Below, one piece after another: positions 46,808-64,000 of a DNA stretch of 64,000 nt. The position numbers were made by a program, and so were the translations under genes. This stretch comes from Amoebidium appalachense (lineage: Eukaryota > Protista > Ichthyosporea). A model generated the notes under the pieces. That model had not been told where the DNA came from. It saw nothing but the letters and a program-made list of their open reading frames with translations, and did no database searches. Where the stretch lies: the NCBI GenBank assembly GCA_963693365.1, contig CAVNZM010000003.1, positions 8,475,576-8,539,575 of the forward strand, given 5' to 3'. How positions within the stretch are numbered: position 1 is the first letter of the stretch; the number at the start of each line of letters is the position of its first letter.

Positions 46808-47189
46808 GAGTGCTGGAGTCGTTTTTTCGTCATGAAAGAGCATAAATTTTCTCGAAGTACAATGGTTGAATAATTTTAGCATCACTTGAATGGCCCATGT
46901 GGACTGAATGCACACGCACCCAGATGTTTGAAGTCACACGTGGCATCTAAGGGCGTACAGGCATCACCTGCCGCCTGAAGTTTGCCTCTGCTTTATTGCC
47001 AGGCTGGATTATAGTTATCCGAGTCGATCAACAGATCAAATGCCATTCCAAAAAATTGATACCATCCCGTGGCAATCGGGTTGTCTTGGACTTTGTGTTC
47101 GCTCTGCCTTCTAAGCTAGAGCTAGACTTTGCATGGACTGGTCTCCCAATGATTGTTGCTAAAAACGGACTGCTCATGAGCATTCTAAG
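46808..47189 (+). repeat. Dispersed repeat family B, copy 2
   Basis: Same blocks; ends gagcattctaag before poly-C. Confidence 0.75.
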
Positions 47190-47325
47190 TCAACCCCCTC
47201 CCCCCCCCCCCCCCCCCTCCGCCCCCCGCCCCTCCCCCCCCCCTCCCCCTCCACCCCCCCCCCCCCCCAAAACCTCCCCCTTGCCGCTGCTTGCTGCGGC
47301 TATATATATCCCCTCCCCCTTCTGT

Positions 47326-47366
<41 letters not shown>

Positions 47367-48317
47367 CGGGCAGTGTCTTTGCAGGGGGAGGGGGTAAGGG
47401 CGGAGGGGGAGGGATGAAGGGGAAAGGGGCTGAGGGGGTTGGAGGATGGTGGACGGAGGGATGCGGGCCCCCCGGGGTCGAGTGTTATTTTTTCTTTTTT
47501 TTTTTTTTTTTTTTTTTTTTTTGGGGGGGGGAGGGGGGGGGGGGGGGGGGGGGACTCGGGAAGGGAAGGCTGCTACAGGGGTGTGTCTGAGGGCCGATTT
47601 GATCGAAAGGCTGGCTCCGGCTATGGTGCGTGTTGATGTTATGCATATACATACGAACCCCCTTCCTCCCCCCTTCCCCCCCCCCCCCTCCCCCCCCCCC
47701 CCCCTTCCCCCCCTTCCCCCTTCCCCCCTAGGCCTCCCCTTCCCACCCTCCCCCCCTTTCCCCACCAAAAAATAAATAAATCACTGGAGAAACAGAAAAA
47801 GGCATACCAATAGATAGTCGTGTGCCTTTCATAAGTCCACCAACCCTTTCCTAATACCCCCCTCCCCCCTCCCCGCGCCCTCCCGTGCCTCCGCATAGCC
47901 GATGTCTGGCCTCCCGAATTTGCACTCTTTCCGCCTTTTCGCCCCTCTCCACCCCCCACCCCCTCCCCCCCCCACCCCTCAAACCCTGCATCCCTCCTGC
48001 CTACGGCCCTCCCCCTTGTAATAGCCATCCGCCCTCCCGGAGACCGTCTAACCCCCCCCTCCCCTTCCCCCCCCCCCCGCCCCCCAAAAACACCGTCCGA
48101 AATGCCCCTTCTTCCGGGTCTGCACACCACTCTACGCCTCCTGCTCTTCTCTCTCCCTCTCTCTCCCTCTCCTTCTCCCTCTTCCCCTTCCTCTGCGTCT
48201 CCCTCTCTGTCTCTCCCTTCTATCTCTCCCTTCTTTCTCTCCCTTCTTTCTCTCCCTCCCCCCCCCTCTCTCTTTCTTTCCATCCCTCTCTCCCCGTCGC
48301 TCTCCCCTCCCCCTCTT

Positions 48318-48401
<84 letters not shown>

Positions 48402-48728
48402 CCCTTTCCCCCCCTCTCTCCCTGCCTCTCTCCGTCCCCTTCTCGATCCCCTCCTTTCCTTCCTTCCTTACTCTCCCGTTCCCCCTCATCCCCTCTCCCT
48501 GGCTCACTAACCCTTCTCCTCTCCCTCTCTTTTCCCCCCTCCCTGCCGCCTCCCCCCTCCCGTCCTTCATCACAACCACCCTCCTTCCACCCTCTCTTCC
48601 TTTCCACCTCCTTTTCTTTCTTTTTACCTCCCTCCCTTCTTGCTCCTCCTCCACCCCCCTCCCCCCCCCACACACACACAACTCCCCCCTTCCCCCCCGC
48701 ACCCCCGTCCTCCTCACATTTCTCTCAG

Positions 48729-52390
<3,662 letters not shown>

Positions 52391-53032
52391 AAACTGGGTT
52401 TTTGTATTGAATATTTATTATTATTATTTTTGTTCTTAGGATGGTGCCAACAGATAGGCTACATTACTAGCTGCCAGTGATTCAAAGTTTATCTAAGTTT
52501 ATCGGGGATTTTTTTTTTTTGGCTGTTATCATTATCATTACTACTCATTAATGTGCCGGTTTGAGCATTAGATGGGATGAAGGAGAGCTCTTTGATGGGT
52601 TTCTAGATTTATGGTGTATGCCGTTTCTGTCCGTTGTGAGGTACGTAGGGAAAACAGAGGGAGGAGGATGTGCGGGGCATGCAGTTATTGTCTTTACCTT
52701 TTTTTTTTTTTTTTTTACGATGTAACCACCATACATTTAGGTAGCGCTCCAGTGTTTCTATGCTGTTTATTTATGCATGTGGTTTTTCTTGTATCTTGTA
52801 TAGCATGTGTTGAATGTTCATATGGTGCCGATACGATATCTTTTTCTGTGACAGAGGTGTACTTTTGGCTTTCTGTTTATGTACTGAGGATCTGCAATTA
52901 CGTTTCTGAAAACAGCGCAATGATATGTCTTGTAAGTGCATAAAATTATGGTTCAAGCTGAACAAATACACAGAATAACACGAGGTTTGTGTCTGCATGG
53001 TGTGTGTGTGCGCCTATGTGCGTGTGATAATG

Positions 53033-53141
<109 letters not shown>

Positions 53142-53461
53142 TGTGCGTGCGTGTGTGTGTGTGTGTGTGTGTGTGCTTGCATGCCTGTGCACACACTCAG
53201 CAACGTGGACTCATGTGACATGTTCAACACAATAACTAGCTAAACGATTTTGGATGTGTGTGTCTGCCACTTTCTTTCCTTTTTCTTTTTTGTGTGTGCA
53301 TGTGCATGTGTGTGTGTGTGTGTTTGCAGGGGGGGGGGGGGGGGGGGGGGGGAGGGGGTGAGGGGGGGGGGAGCGGGGGTTGTATGTTCGGATGTTTGCG
53401 GGTGCAGGAGTCTGGAGGGGATGGATGCCCATGGGTGAGTGGGGAGTGGCGTGGTGGTTGT

Positions 53462-53493
<32 letters not shown>

Positions 53494-53665
53494 GGGGGGG
53501 GGGGGGAGGGGGAGGGGACGGGGAGGGTGAGGGAGGAAGTGTGTGGAAGGTACTGCATCAGTAAGTTAGTAAACAGAACGATGAAACCAGTCAGCCACGC
53601 AGCCTCACGGACAGAGGCGGAAGGGCAGGCAGGGGCGGGGGGAAGGGCCTCGGCGGGAGAGGAGA

Positions 53666-54060
53666 CTTAGAATGCTCATTAGTAGTCCGTTTTCAGCAAC
53701 ATTTATTGGGCGACCTATCCATGCTCTGCTCTGACATATAAAGTCGGAACTGAAGGCACATTGGAGGCAAAAAAGTCCTGTGCCATTGTGGCACAGGTTT
53801 GTTCGAATGGTCACCCATCTCACAGAAAGGTACATCATCCACCAACAGCTACGAGAGTTGTGGCTGTGATTGTGGGAAGAATTTGGTTGTTGGGCACGAT
53901 ATGCAATATATTTGTTCTGTTGGTTGATTCGGATTGTCCACGCCTTAGTTGCCTACTCCGGCGATTATAAAGTGAAGAAAAACTTCACTGCAGGTGAGTC
54001 AAATGTCTGACACGTGGGATGCCACGTGTGACTTCAAACTATTGGGTCCATGCCATGTGC
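53666..54060 (-). repeat. Dispersed repeat family B, copy 3 (inverted)
   Basis: cttagaatgctcat...gtccgttttcagcaaca and gatgccacgtgtgacttcaaa are reverse complements of family B blocks. Confidence 0.75.
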
Positions 54061-54280
54061 ACTCGGAGTAATCCCTCTCTTCAGCCCCCCCGGCCCCAAA
54101 AGTGTAATATTCGGTGGTTAAAGCTTTTCCTTGTGGCTTCACATTCGTGTTGCTGGAGGTGGGTGGAGCATGGGTTTTGTGCTTACCTGTTGGTGATCGC
54201 TGTTGTGGTGGTGGCAGCTGCGGCGGGGGTGGTTGGGGGGAAAGGGAGGGAGGGAGGGGGAGGGGGGGGGGGGGGGGGGG

Positions 54281-54346
<66 letters not shown>

Positions 54347-54399
54347 GAGTGAGAGAGGGAGAGAGGGAGAGAGAGAGAGAGAGGGAGGGAGGGAGGGAG

Positions 54400-54507
<108 letters not shown>

Positions 54508-54534
54508 TAGAAGAGAGAGGGAGGGAGGGAGAAG

Positions 54535-54565
<31 letters not shown>

Positions 54566-54662
54566 GAAAGACAGAGACTCGGAGAGAGTCTGGTAGGGTA
54601 GGGCAGGGGCGGGAGGGGTTGGGGGGGGGGGGGGGGGGGGGGGGGGATTGAAATAGGCGGGG

Positions 54663-54695
<33 letters not shown>

Positions 54696-55065
54696 TTTGG
54701 GGCATTCGACGCCATTGCATCCGACAAACGCACCAAAGTTACTGTAGCACTACGGTCTTTGTCGTTTTGTTTTATCTCCACGCGGGGTGACCATTCCACA
54801 ACTCACGGCAGCACAAGTCTGCAAGTGATGTAATTGCATGGTAGCATGCAAGGTTGTTGGATGCGAGTTTGCGTTTGACCAAGATTCTGATGAGGAACTG
54901 ATTCGCAGTGTAAAGGGTTGCCCTCGCAATGATGCTGAAAAAATTGGATTCCGAAAAAATGTGCCAGTCACTGTGGTGGGCAAGCGCTGGAGTGCTTAAA
55001 GCAATGTGCCGGGGCCCAATGTTTTAATGGGGGTGTTTGGTGACATACAGACAGACAGACACACA

Positions 55066-55127
<62 letters not shown>

Positions 55128-55914
55128 GACACACACAGAGAGAGAGAGGGAGAGAGAGAGAGAGAGGGAGGGAAAGAGGGGGTGAGAGAAAGAGAGAGAG
55201 AGAGAGCGGGTGTGTGTGTGTGTGCGCACGAATGTGGTGTGATAATGTGCGTGTACGGTCTGTGTGTCTGTGTGTGCGTGTGTGTGTGTGTGCATGGTAT
55301 GTGTTACACGTCTGCTAAATTGGTGTGCGCGTGTGTGTCTGTGTGTGTCTGTGTATGTGTGTGTGGGGGGGGGGGAGGGGGGACGGGGAGGGGGGAGGGG
55401 TGGGGGGGCAAGGGGAGGAAAGAATGGTGAAAGAGGTGGGTGAGGGAGGCACCCCAGTAATAAGGATATCATAAGTTAGTCTCCTGTGGGGGCGGAACCG
55501 GGGGGGGAGGGGGGGGGGGGGATGAGAGAGAAGAAAGAAAGAGAAAGAAAAGAGAATGAGGGAAAGAGATAGAGAGAGAACAAAAGAGTGGACGAGGGGG
55601 CAAGCACCAAACACACAACTCCCTGTATCCCACAATGGCACGGATAGTGGTTGCATGGCAATATCTTGGTCAATCTGCTGGGTCTCAATGGGCAACCAGT
55701 CCACATTTCCATCGCAGCAAAAATCGGCAGCTCGAGATGAAAGATTGCATGAATTCATGCAGCCGGTTAACACTGTGTTGGGAGAACCACCTCTGGCTTC
55801 GGAGGGTTGCCCCAGAGAAGATGCTGAAAAATATGATCATTAGAACACATCACAGACTCGATCAGAATCGTACCTTGGTGGGTGGCGGTGGTGTGTGTGT
55901 GTTTGTGACGGTGT

Positions 55915-55945
<31 letters not shown>

Positions 55946-57516
55946 GGGGGGGGGGGGTGCTCGTGCATCTGTGGCAATTATTGATGTGCGATGAATTTGC
56001 GACTCATATAGTTGAGGTCATTGAATCAGGATCAACCGTGCCATGGTATGCTCTTCAATGGTTACCCCTGGGGCATCGCATTCATGTTGTGGGGTGGCTG
56101 GAGCAGGGGAGCGAAGGTTACCTGGTGGTGATGGCTGTGATGCCGGTGTTGATGGTGGCGGTGGTTGATGGTGTTTCCTTTTTCTTTTTTTTTCTTTCCG
56201 TATTTTTGTGTTCTTTTTTGGGGGGGTTACGGGAGGGCGGAGTGGTGGTGGTTGAGGGGCAGAGAGGGTGGGGCGGGGAGGGGGAAGGGGGGGGAGGAGG
56301 GGGAGAGAGAGAGAGAGAGAGAGAGAACGAGAGAGAGAGGAGGGAGTGTGTAATGTAATGTGAAATGGAAATCAGCGAGCCCGGTGCCGGGGTGGTGGTG
56401 GTGGTGGAGGGGTCACGGTGGCGGTGGTAGGGGGAGGGGGGGAGACGGTGGGTGGGTGGGTGGGTGGGTGGGTGGGTGGGGGGGGGGGGGGGGGGGGGGG
56501 GGAGGGGGTATCAAGGATGAAATACGATGTGAGGGGACTGGTGGTGGTGGGAGATTACCGTTGGGCCGCCAGTAAACAGTGTCTCTTGAATGCTTGACGG
56601 GGTGAAATTATTGATCGCAGAGAGAGTTAAAGAAAGGGGGTTGAGGAGGGGGGGGGAGGGGGTGGGGAGACTCTAATTAGCTGGAAGCCTTTTATCAGTA
56701 CTAGTTTTGCATTGTACAGCTCTTTTCATTAACGTCTCGGTCGCATGCCCATATTTTTTTCTTTTTACAGCCCATATTTTTTTCTTCAGTTTCTTTTTTT
56801 TTCTTTTTACAGATACTGTCCGCCACTAAGAACCCCCCCAAAAACGTGGGTGCGATGCATATTAATATTCTTAACTTTTTTGGACAGGCGCTGTCATATT
56901 CTTAATGGCGCGGAACTCCTCTCCGTCAGACCCCCCCCCCCCCCCTGGGGGGAGGGGGGGGTGAGAGGGGAGGGGAGGGGGGAACCTCGGGGGGAGGGGG
57001 GGGGGGGGAGGGGGGGGGAGGAGGAGCACGCATGGTATCTGTATGGGGGGAGCCGGGGGGCCTTATTATTTGGTCCGTCCGCTATTAAGAACATCCCAAA
57101 ATCTGGCCGCGGTGCATATTCTTTAATAGAAAAAAACAGACCTGGCCGCTAGTGTACTCTTATTGGCGACCATGGCCCTACAGCTTTACGTGCACAATCA
57201 TGTTGCTAAGTAACGGTTGCTGTAGGTGGTTGATCGTTTTGTTTTCTTCCTCTTTTTTTTTCTTTTTTTTTTTTTTTTTTTTTTGGGGGGGGGGGGGGGG
57301 GGAGGGGGAGGGGAAGGGGGGGAAGGGAGGGAGGGGGGGGAGGAGGGGGGAGGAGGGGGGAGGAGCCCCCAAGGGGGTTTTCAAGGGAGCTCCCAAGTAA
57401 GGGGGAGGGGGAGCCCCCCCCCCCTCCCCCCCCCCCCCCTTCCCCCCTCCCCCCAAGTAACTGTTGCTGGTCCAGGTGGTTAGTGGTGTTTTGTTTTCTC
57501 TCTTTTTTTTTTTTTT

Positions 57517-57547
<31 letters not shown>

Positions 57548-57808
57548 GGGAGCCTCTGTGTCTGTGTGTGTGTGTGGGGGGGAGAAAAAGAGGGGGGCTG
57601 AGGGGCTGAGGGTGGGAGGCGGGGAGGGGGGAGGGGGGAGGGGGGAGGAGGGATAGAGAAGATGGCAGGAGGTGGAGGGGGGGGGGGGAGGGGAGGAGAG
57701 AGAGAGAGAGAGGGACAAGAAGGGAGAGAAAGCGTGAGCGTGAGCGTGAGAGTGAGAGTGAGAGTGAGAGAGATAGAGAGAGAGAGAGATAGGGAGGGAG
57801 GGAGGGGG

Positions 57809-57887
<79 letters not shown>

Positions 57888-57943
57888 AGAGAGAGAGAGA
57901 GTGAGAGAGAGAGAGGGAGTGATAGGGGAGAGAGGGAGAGAGA

Positions 57944-57974
<31 letters not shown>

Positions 57975-58736
57975 TGAGGGAGAGAGGGAGAGAGAGAGAG
58001 AGGGAGAGAGGGAGAGAGAGGGAGAGAGAGAGAGAGAGGATAGAGGGAAGAAGGGAGGGAGAGAGAGAAGGAGGACAGGCAGAAAGGGAGCAGATGTGAT
58101 TGATAGCAAAAGAGGGATTATCGGAAAAAGATAGCAAAAGAGGGATTATCGGAAAAAGAGGCCACAGTGACTGTGAGAATTCGAAGGAGATGGGGTGATC
58201 AGGGGAAGATGGAGGGAGGGGCGGGGAGGGGGGGGGGAAGGTTTGGGTTAGAGAAAGCGAGAGAGAAGCGGGTCGGGGAGGATGCCGATATGCTTCAAAT
58301 ATAACAGTCAAGTAATAAATGAGACCGCCCCCGTCCCACAATTGCATGGAAAGTCAACATGTGGGACGGTCTGTTGATCCTTTTGCATGGCCTAGTTGGG
58401 CTACAGTTCTCAATTTATGGCGCAGCACAAATCTCCAGGTGATGCTAAGACTGCAGAGCAACGTGAGCTACGCTTGCAATGGCTCCAGGCTAAGAGTGCC
58501 GAAGAAGCACTAGCTTACGTGGTGCCGTAGGTTGCCCTCCTTATGATGCTGAAAAATAATAATGATGGATTGAACACATACGCAGTCTGTCACTGGTTGC
58601 CGCTAGCTGGTATTTGCAAAGCCGTTCGGAGTTGTGTGAAAAGGGACCGTTGTGGGTCCAGCCGGTATAGGCAATGTGTGCGTGAATGTGTATGTGCGTG
58701 TCTGTGTGTGTGTCTGTTTGTGTGTGTGTGTATGCG

Positions 58737-58794
<58 letters not shown>

Positions 58795-58822
58795 TGTGTG
58801 TGTGTGTCCGGTGTGTGGGTGG

Positions 58823-58880
<58 letters not shown>

Positions 58881-59773
58881 AGCCGTGGCATATTACCAAA
58901 GGTGAAGGAGGGGAGGGAGCGAGGCACGGTTATACTTGGTCTCTGAAGGGGATGGCGAAAGACAGAGGGGCAAAGGCCTGGGTGGCGGGGATTGGGTTGA
59001 CCAAGGCATTGGTTCGGCAAAGGGACAGAGGGAGCCGGGGGTTAATTTCAAAAGAGAAAAGAGCAAGGGGGTAAGGCCTTTTTTTCCCCCCTAAGGTTTT
59101 TTTTTCCTCTTTTTTTCCCGGTGGGGGGAGAGAGAGGGGGGGGGAGGGGGAGAGGGGGGGGGGGAGGGGTGGAGGTTTGCACTGGTGGTGATGCTTCAAC
59201 GATGCTGTGCATTGTTGTAGAGGTGGGGGTACTGACCTTTGCCGGGGGAGGGGAGGGGGGGGGGGGGGAGGTTTGTGTGTGTGTGTGTGTGTATGGTGTG
59301 GAAAGGAAAGCGGGCAGGGGGGAAGGGGCAGAGGGGGGGAAGGGGGATGTGGTTGAGTTGATAGCCAGTGCTGGCTGGGATTCAAAAGAACGGATGAACA
59401 GGGCCGAAATTTAGCATGAAGCATGGGAATACGCAGGTGGGTAGTGGTGTGTGTCACAGTGAAAAGTGTGCTGCATGCATGGGTGTATCTCAATTGTTTT
59501 GTTCCCTGCTTTCATGTTTGTCTTTTATACGCATGCACTCAGATATGTGTGCGTGTGTGTGTGTGTGTTGGTTAGACCGGTGTTCACCCCATGTTTTCCC
59601 TTTCAGTCTTCTACAGGCATGCACGTTCAGTGTGTGCAAAGCTTGTGCACAGTGTGGTGCGAACTTGTGTGTGTGTGTGTGTGCATGCATGCGTGTTCCT
59701 GCTTATACACAGTGATATGTGGCCGTGTGGTGTGCGTGCGTATACACAAAGTGTCTGTACGTGCAAGCGTGCA

Positions 59774-59849
<76 letters not shown>

Positions 59850-60436
59850 TGTGTTGTGCTTGCGCGTGTGTGCATGCATGTGTGTTCGGATTAATTTAGG
59901 CGGGTGGTTGTGTGCATGTGCGTGTGTGTCCGGAGGTGTTTGAGTGTGTATGTGTGTGTGTCTCGTGTGTGCGCGTGTGTGAGTGAAAGGATGGGGGAGG
60001 GGGTGGTGGGGGTGGTGGGGAGGGGGGATGGGTTGGGGGGGAAGGGACGTCTTTCTTGTGGAAAAGCAAGCCAACCCTAGGCCAAAAAGATACCACTGTA
60101 CAAACTTTGTACAAGTTTAACATCAAACTGCCGAATTGCTGGCCGAGATATACTCATCAGATAATCACTTGATACACGTATAATGTGACATAACCCAGTC
60201 CCACCACCCCCACCACGAGCACTAGCGCTAGTGGAAGCTCCACCCATAAATTACACATCGGCGCAAGGCCTAAAAACCACATGTTCATGTTTCCCTTAAA
60301 AAGCACACTATGGGTTCCTCGCCGCCGGCTAGATTATACACTATCCCTTTCTAAATAAAGAATGCATACATATGCCTAGACCCCCCCCCCCCCTCGGCCC
60401 CCCTCCCTTTATGCACAACCACCATCGTCACACACG

Positions 60437-60513
<77 letters not shown>

Positions 60514-61212
60514 GCGCGCGCGAACAAGGGACGTAATGTTATTTAAGCAGTGGGATTGAAAAGTGATGTACAAAAGAAAAAAAGAAAAGCGTGTGAGTAA
60601 ACACAGAGGCCGATAAAACAGCGCAAAACGATCCATACATTCTAGTTAACAAAACATGGCATATGCGTATGTAGGCATTTGAACAACAATCACAACCACA
60701 AAAAAAAAAGGGAAAAAAAAAGAAAAAAGGGGAAAATAAAGAAACAAATAATAATTGGTGTAGCTGAGTAGAAAATAGTAAACAAGGCAATTTGGTAAAC
60801 AGCAGTGTGAAGGGAAGAAAAGTCCTGCCACAGTTCACCATAATACAAACCCACGAAATTTGCTCAAATTAAGGATATCATAGGAGACAAGATAAAGCAC
60901 ACGTACACCAAGAAAAGTCAACATAAAATTTGTGTACAATAAACTCCGAGGCTTTGGTATGTACATATTGTAAGGGTAATCGTGAATGCGTGTCCATGGG
61001 CGCGCCGCGCGCATGTGCAAAAATAGGTGTATCTATACGAGCCCCACATACCAAGATTTAAAAGCACAACCCATCACTCCTGCATGTGCCTGGTCATTCA
61101 ATCAAATACGATTCACACTTGCCCATCCACTTCAAGAGTCACGCTAGATTCGAAATTTACCGACCTTCCCATGTCCCCACCCACCCTCAGTCCTCTCCAA
61201 CCTCTGACATTT

Positions 61213-62037
61213 TTACGGGTCCCCCAGGGGCGCCATACTTATCTTCAGCTTGATATCACACTCCAACTTATCCAATCCCTCAGTGCCCATGGACTCATTG
61301 TCGCTGAAAAAGATCGCCAAGTTCTCCTTAAGAGTAAAGCAGTCATTACTATCGATGATGTCTTTCTGGCTATCACGCACAGACCTCACCACTCCCTCCC
61401 AAATTAATCGTCGGCTGTGGCGCGCAACCTGTATTTGGTAGTAGGCAAGCCCATCCGAATCTCCTTGACTGAGCGAGCGCAGTGTCGCACGGTAATCCTT
61501 GTCTTTTGCGTTGTGAAAAAACTCCAGAAGAAAATACCTGTTCTTGTAAAGGTAAAGAAACGGACCCCAATCCGCCCCTGCGTGTCCGAGTGTGTTGTTC
61601 ACTCGTTGAACCGTGCTGGTAGAAACCGAGTTCGGGAGCTGTGTAACAGACACAGCATGGGTTTTCGTCAAATGTTCCACCACCTTAGACACGGGTCCCG
61701 ACCACTTACATACCTTGTGTCTCCATCCGTGGTAATGTGGGCATGTTATGGGCCGAAACGTACACTTTTCCTCGTGCTCCGTCAGTTTGTTTAGTGGAAG
61801 TTTCACCTCGCACCCTTCTTCACTGTGCTTGCACGCAATCATCGTTCGTCTGACCACCTCCTCAAGAGCTCTGTTGCGGCACACAACGCGTAGGCTCATC
61901 CGACACGTGTGGCAGTCTGCGAGTTTTTCCTTACACTGATCACAGAACGTGTGGCCCTCTACACACTGCCAGATGGGAGGGCGCATACCATTGTAGCAAA
62001 CGGGGCAGTCTAGGAGATCTCCAATCTCAGATGCCAT
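61213..62037 (-). CDS. SIAH: Seven-in-absentia (SINA/SIAH) E3 ubiquitin ligase, intronless CDS
   Basis: RING LLDCPVCY..MRPPIWQCVEGHTFC..C.....CHTCR, RNRALE, SIAH zinc fingers (CKHSEEGC...HEEKC; CP...CKWSG...HLTKTH), substrate-binding domain RRLIWEGVVRSV...DC. Confidence 0.95.
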   Translation of the reverse strand: MASEIGDLLDCPVCYNGMRPPIWQCVEGHTFCDQCKEKLADCHTCRMSLRVVCRNRALEEVVRRTMIACKHSEEGCEVKLPLNKLTEHEEKCTFRPITCPHYHGWRHKVCKWSGPVSKVVEHLTKTHAVSVTQLPNSVSTSTVQRVNNTLGHAGADWGPFLYLYKNRYFLLEFFHNAKDKDYRATLRSLSQGDSDGLAYYQIQVARHSRRLIWEGVVRSVRDSQKDIIDSNDCFTLKENLAIFFSDNESMGTEGLDKLECDIKLKISMAPLGDP

Positions 62038-63574
62038 GACTTACTCAGGACAACCAGAGAAGGAAAGAAGGAATAGATAAGTGAGAGGGCGTAAGTAATT
62101 AAAGAGGTGGAAAGTTTGTAACGGGAAGTGTGTAAAGATGCAGCAGCCTGAATGTTTTGTAGCCCTGAAACAAGTGTCTGTAAAGCTAGAAATGGGGCGA
62201 GAAGAAATGCTGAAAACATCCAATTTCTGCCTGAACTTCGTGCAACGGCTCTAACCCGCAAAACGTTGAGGTGACCTTCATTCCCGTCTTGTCAATGCAG
62301 AAAACCTAGCGCTCGAATTCCATGTTTTTTTGCTTTTTCACAGACCAGTTGAAGAGCTTCTGATGTCTCAAGCTTGGCAAAGTGCGCAACGAAACATGAC
62401 GTAGTTGTAAGAGCTAAAAATAGCAACACAAAAAGCTTAGAAAATATTTCAAATTTGCATGCTGAGATACTATGATGCCGTGATATTTGTGCTGAAAAAG
62501 AATCAACTTAATCAAGGATATCCAGGAATTCAAAACGTTTATCTCACACCAATCACCATCGACAAATATCTTTTTTGGCGGGAAATAGATTCGGAGTGAG
62601 CCAGCTTGAGGGTGACGCGGAAAAGCTTGAACAAACGTAGCCCGAAAAATCCACACACACAGGGAGGGGATAAGGGTGCACTTTGTGTGGTTTTATGGTA
62701 AGCATACACGGGAAGTTACGAGAGTTAGCAGGGGGGGGCTGTGTGGTAACGCAACATTCTGGTAAGTCACAAGGTGCCTGTGTCTGCTCGAAAAAAACCA
62801 GTGCAACTTTTTAGAAATTTCTATAGCAGGATGTGCAGCTGAGCTACCAAATAAGCGGCCAAATGAGAAACAATATACATACGTACAAAAATAAACCAAA
62901 CGATAACGATGCATGTGGTACATACATCTGCGTACAACAAGGTGATCATACATGAATGTTAAAGAGCCAGTGTGAGGCGATTTGGCAGGTGAAGAAGAGG
63001 GGAGGTTTGGGTCTTGCTAAACAGATTGACGGTGCGCATTTGTCATTTGGAAACATGGCGTGGCTTACTTTAGAGAAGAGGACAAAGGCCAACACAGGCA
63101 GGCTGGTGGAACACCTGCTGCGGGTCGAGGTGGGTGCACAAGACGTGGTCGTTGGGGCTGGATTTTTCACGAACACAGCACGTGTTGTTTGTGTGTTTGC
63201 CGGCGTGGGCGCGCCTGTGTTTGTGTGTGTTCCTGTGTGTGTGTTATAGTGAGATTTTGTGTGTAGCTGTGTGTGTATTTCGCTGTTTGTTTGTGTGCGT
63301 GTGTGGGCCTGCCCGCGCAACGAATGCGTGCTGTGTATGTCTGCAAGATTTCGAACACAGATATAGTGATGGGACTTTCCCATGACTGACTCAGCGTTTG
63401 TTAGTGCAGGGGCCAGTAGGTAAACAAGGGCATGAAAGCGTGTGTGCATCTTGTTTGTGTGCGCGTGTGTGTGTTTGTGCGCGGGCTGTGTGTGTGTATG
63501 TGTGCACGTGTGTGTGTTTGGAGGTGGGAGGAGGGGGATGCATACATGGTATGTGTTTGTCTGTGTGTGTGTGT

Positions 63575-63616
<42 letters not shown>

Positions 63617-63935
63617 ACGTGCGTGTGCGTGTGTTCGTGTGTGTGTGTGTGTGTGTGTGTGTTTGTATGCATGCGTGCGTGTGTGTGTGTGTGTGCGCGC
63701 GCTTGTTGTATTTGTGTAGGTGGTAGGTGTGGGCATGAGTGCAGAAAAGCTCGTGTGTTTATGTGAATGTGTAAGTCAACGAGCACGTAAACTACACTAT
63801 CTGCGCTCTTTTTCAACCCCCCCCCCCCTCCCCCCCCCCCCTTCCCCCCTCCCTCCCCACACGCGCAAACCACCGCCCGTAAAACCTCAACCGCTTCGTA
63901 GAGCTTCTCCCCTTGCCATCTGATGGTCGAATAAG

Positions 63936-63997
<62 letters not shown>

Positions 63998-64000
63998 AAA

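Noticed and set aside
62400-63940. Exons of a further minus-strand gene upstream of SINA
   Set aside because: Short AG/GT-bounded segments (~63115-63165, ~63865-63935) exist but yield no recognisable protein within the window.

Overview
Eukaryotic genomic DNA, probably a unicellular holozoan such as an ichthyosporean (inferred from Ena/VASP, STIM and SINA genes whose introns are saturated with poly-C/G and (CA)n/(GA)n). The window has two compartments. (1) About 1-11.1 kb is an intronless, virus/plasmid-like island: the C-terminal half of a D5/DUF5906-type SF3 primase-helicase, a six-finger C2H2 protein, several orphan ORFs with TATA/CCAAT promoters and three iteron-like inverted-repeat structures. 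Within it, a ~6 kb block bounded by inverted arrays of a 92-bp unit contains three coiled-coil orphans and a 1.1 kb TTAGGG-containing minisatellite. A 1.5 kb element with long terminal inverted repeats sits at the junction with host DNA. (2) About 12.9-64 kb holds host genes: a multi-exon Ena/VASP, a small Cys-rich secreted ORF, a multi-exon STIM carrying an intronic 5'-truncated Penelope-like (Naiad/Chlamys-type) retroelement, a degenerate ZNFX1-like helicase fused to a tankyrase-type PARP domain, and an intronless SINA E3 ligase. The retroelement's 3' end recurs as poly-C-anchored copies in VASP introns. Most ORFs in the supplied track beyond 12 kb are microsatellite artefacts. All family assignments come from motif recognition by eye, not database searches.
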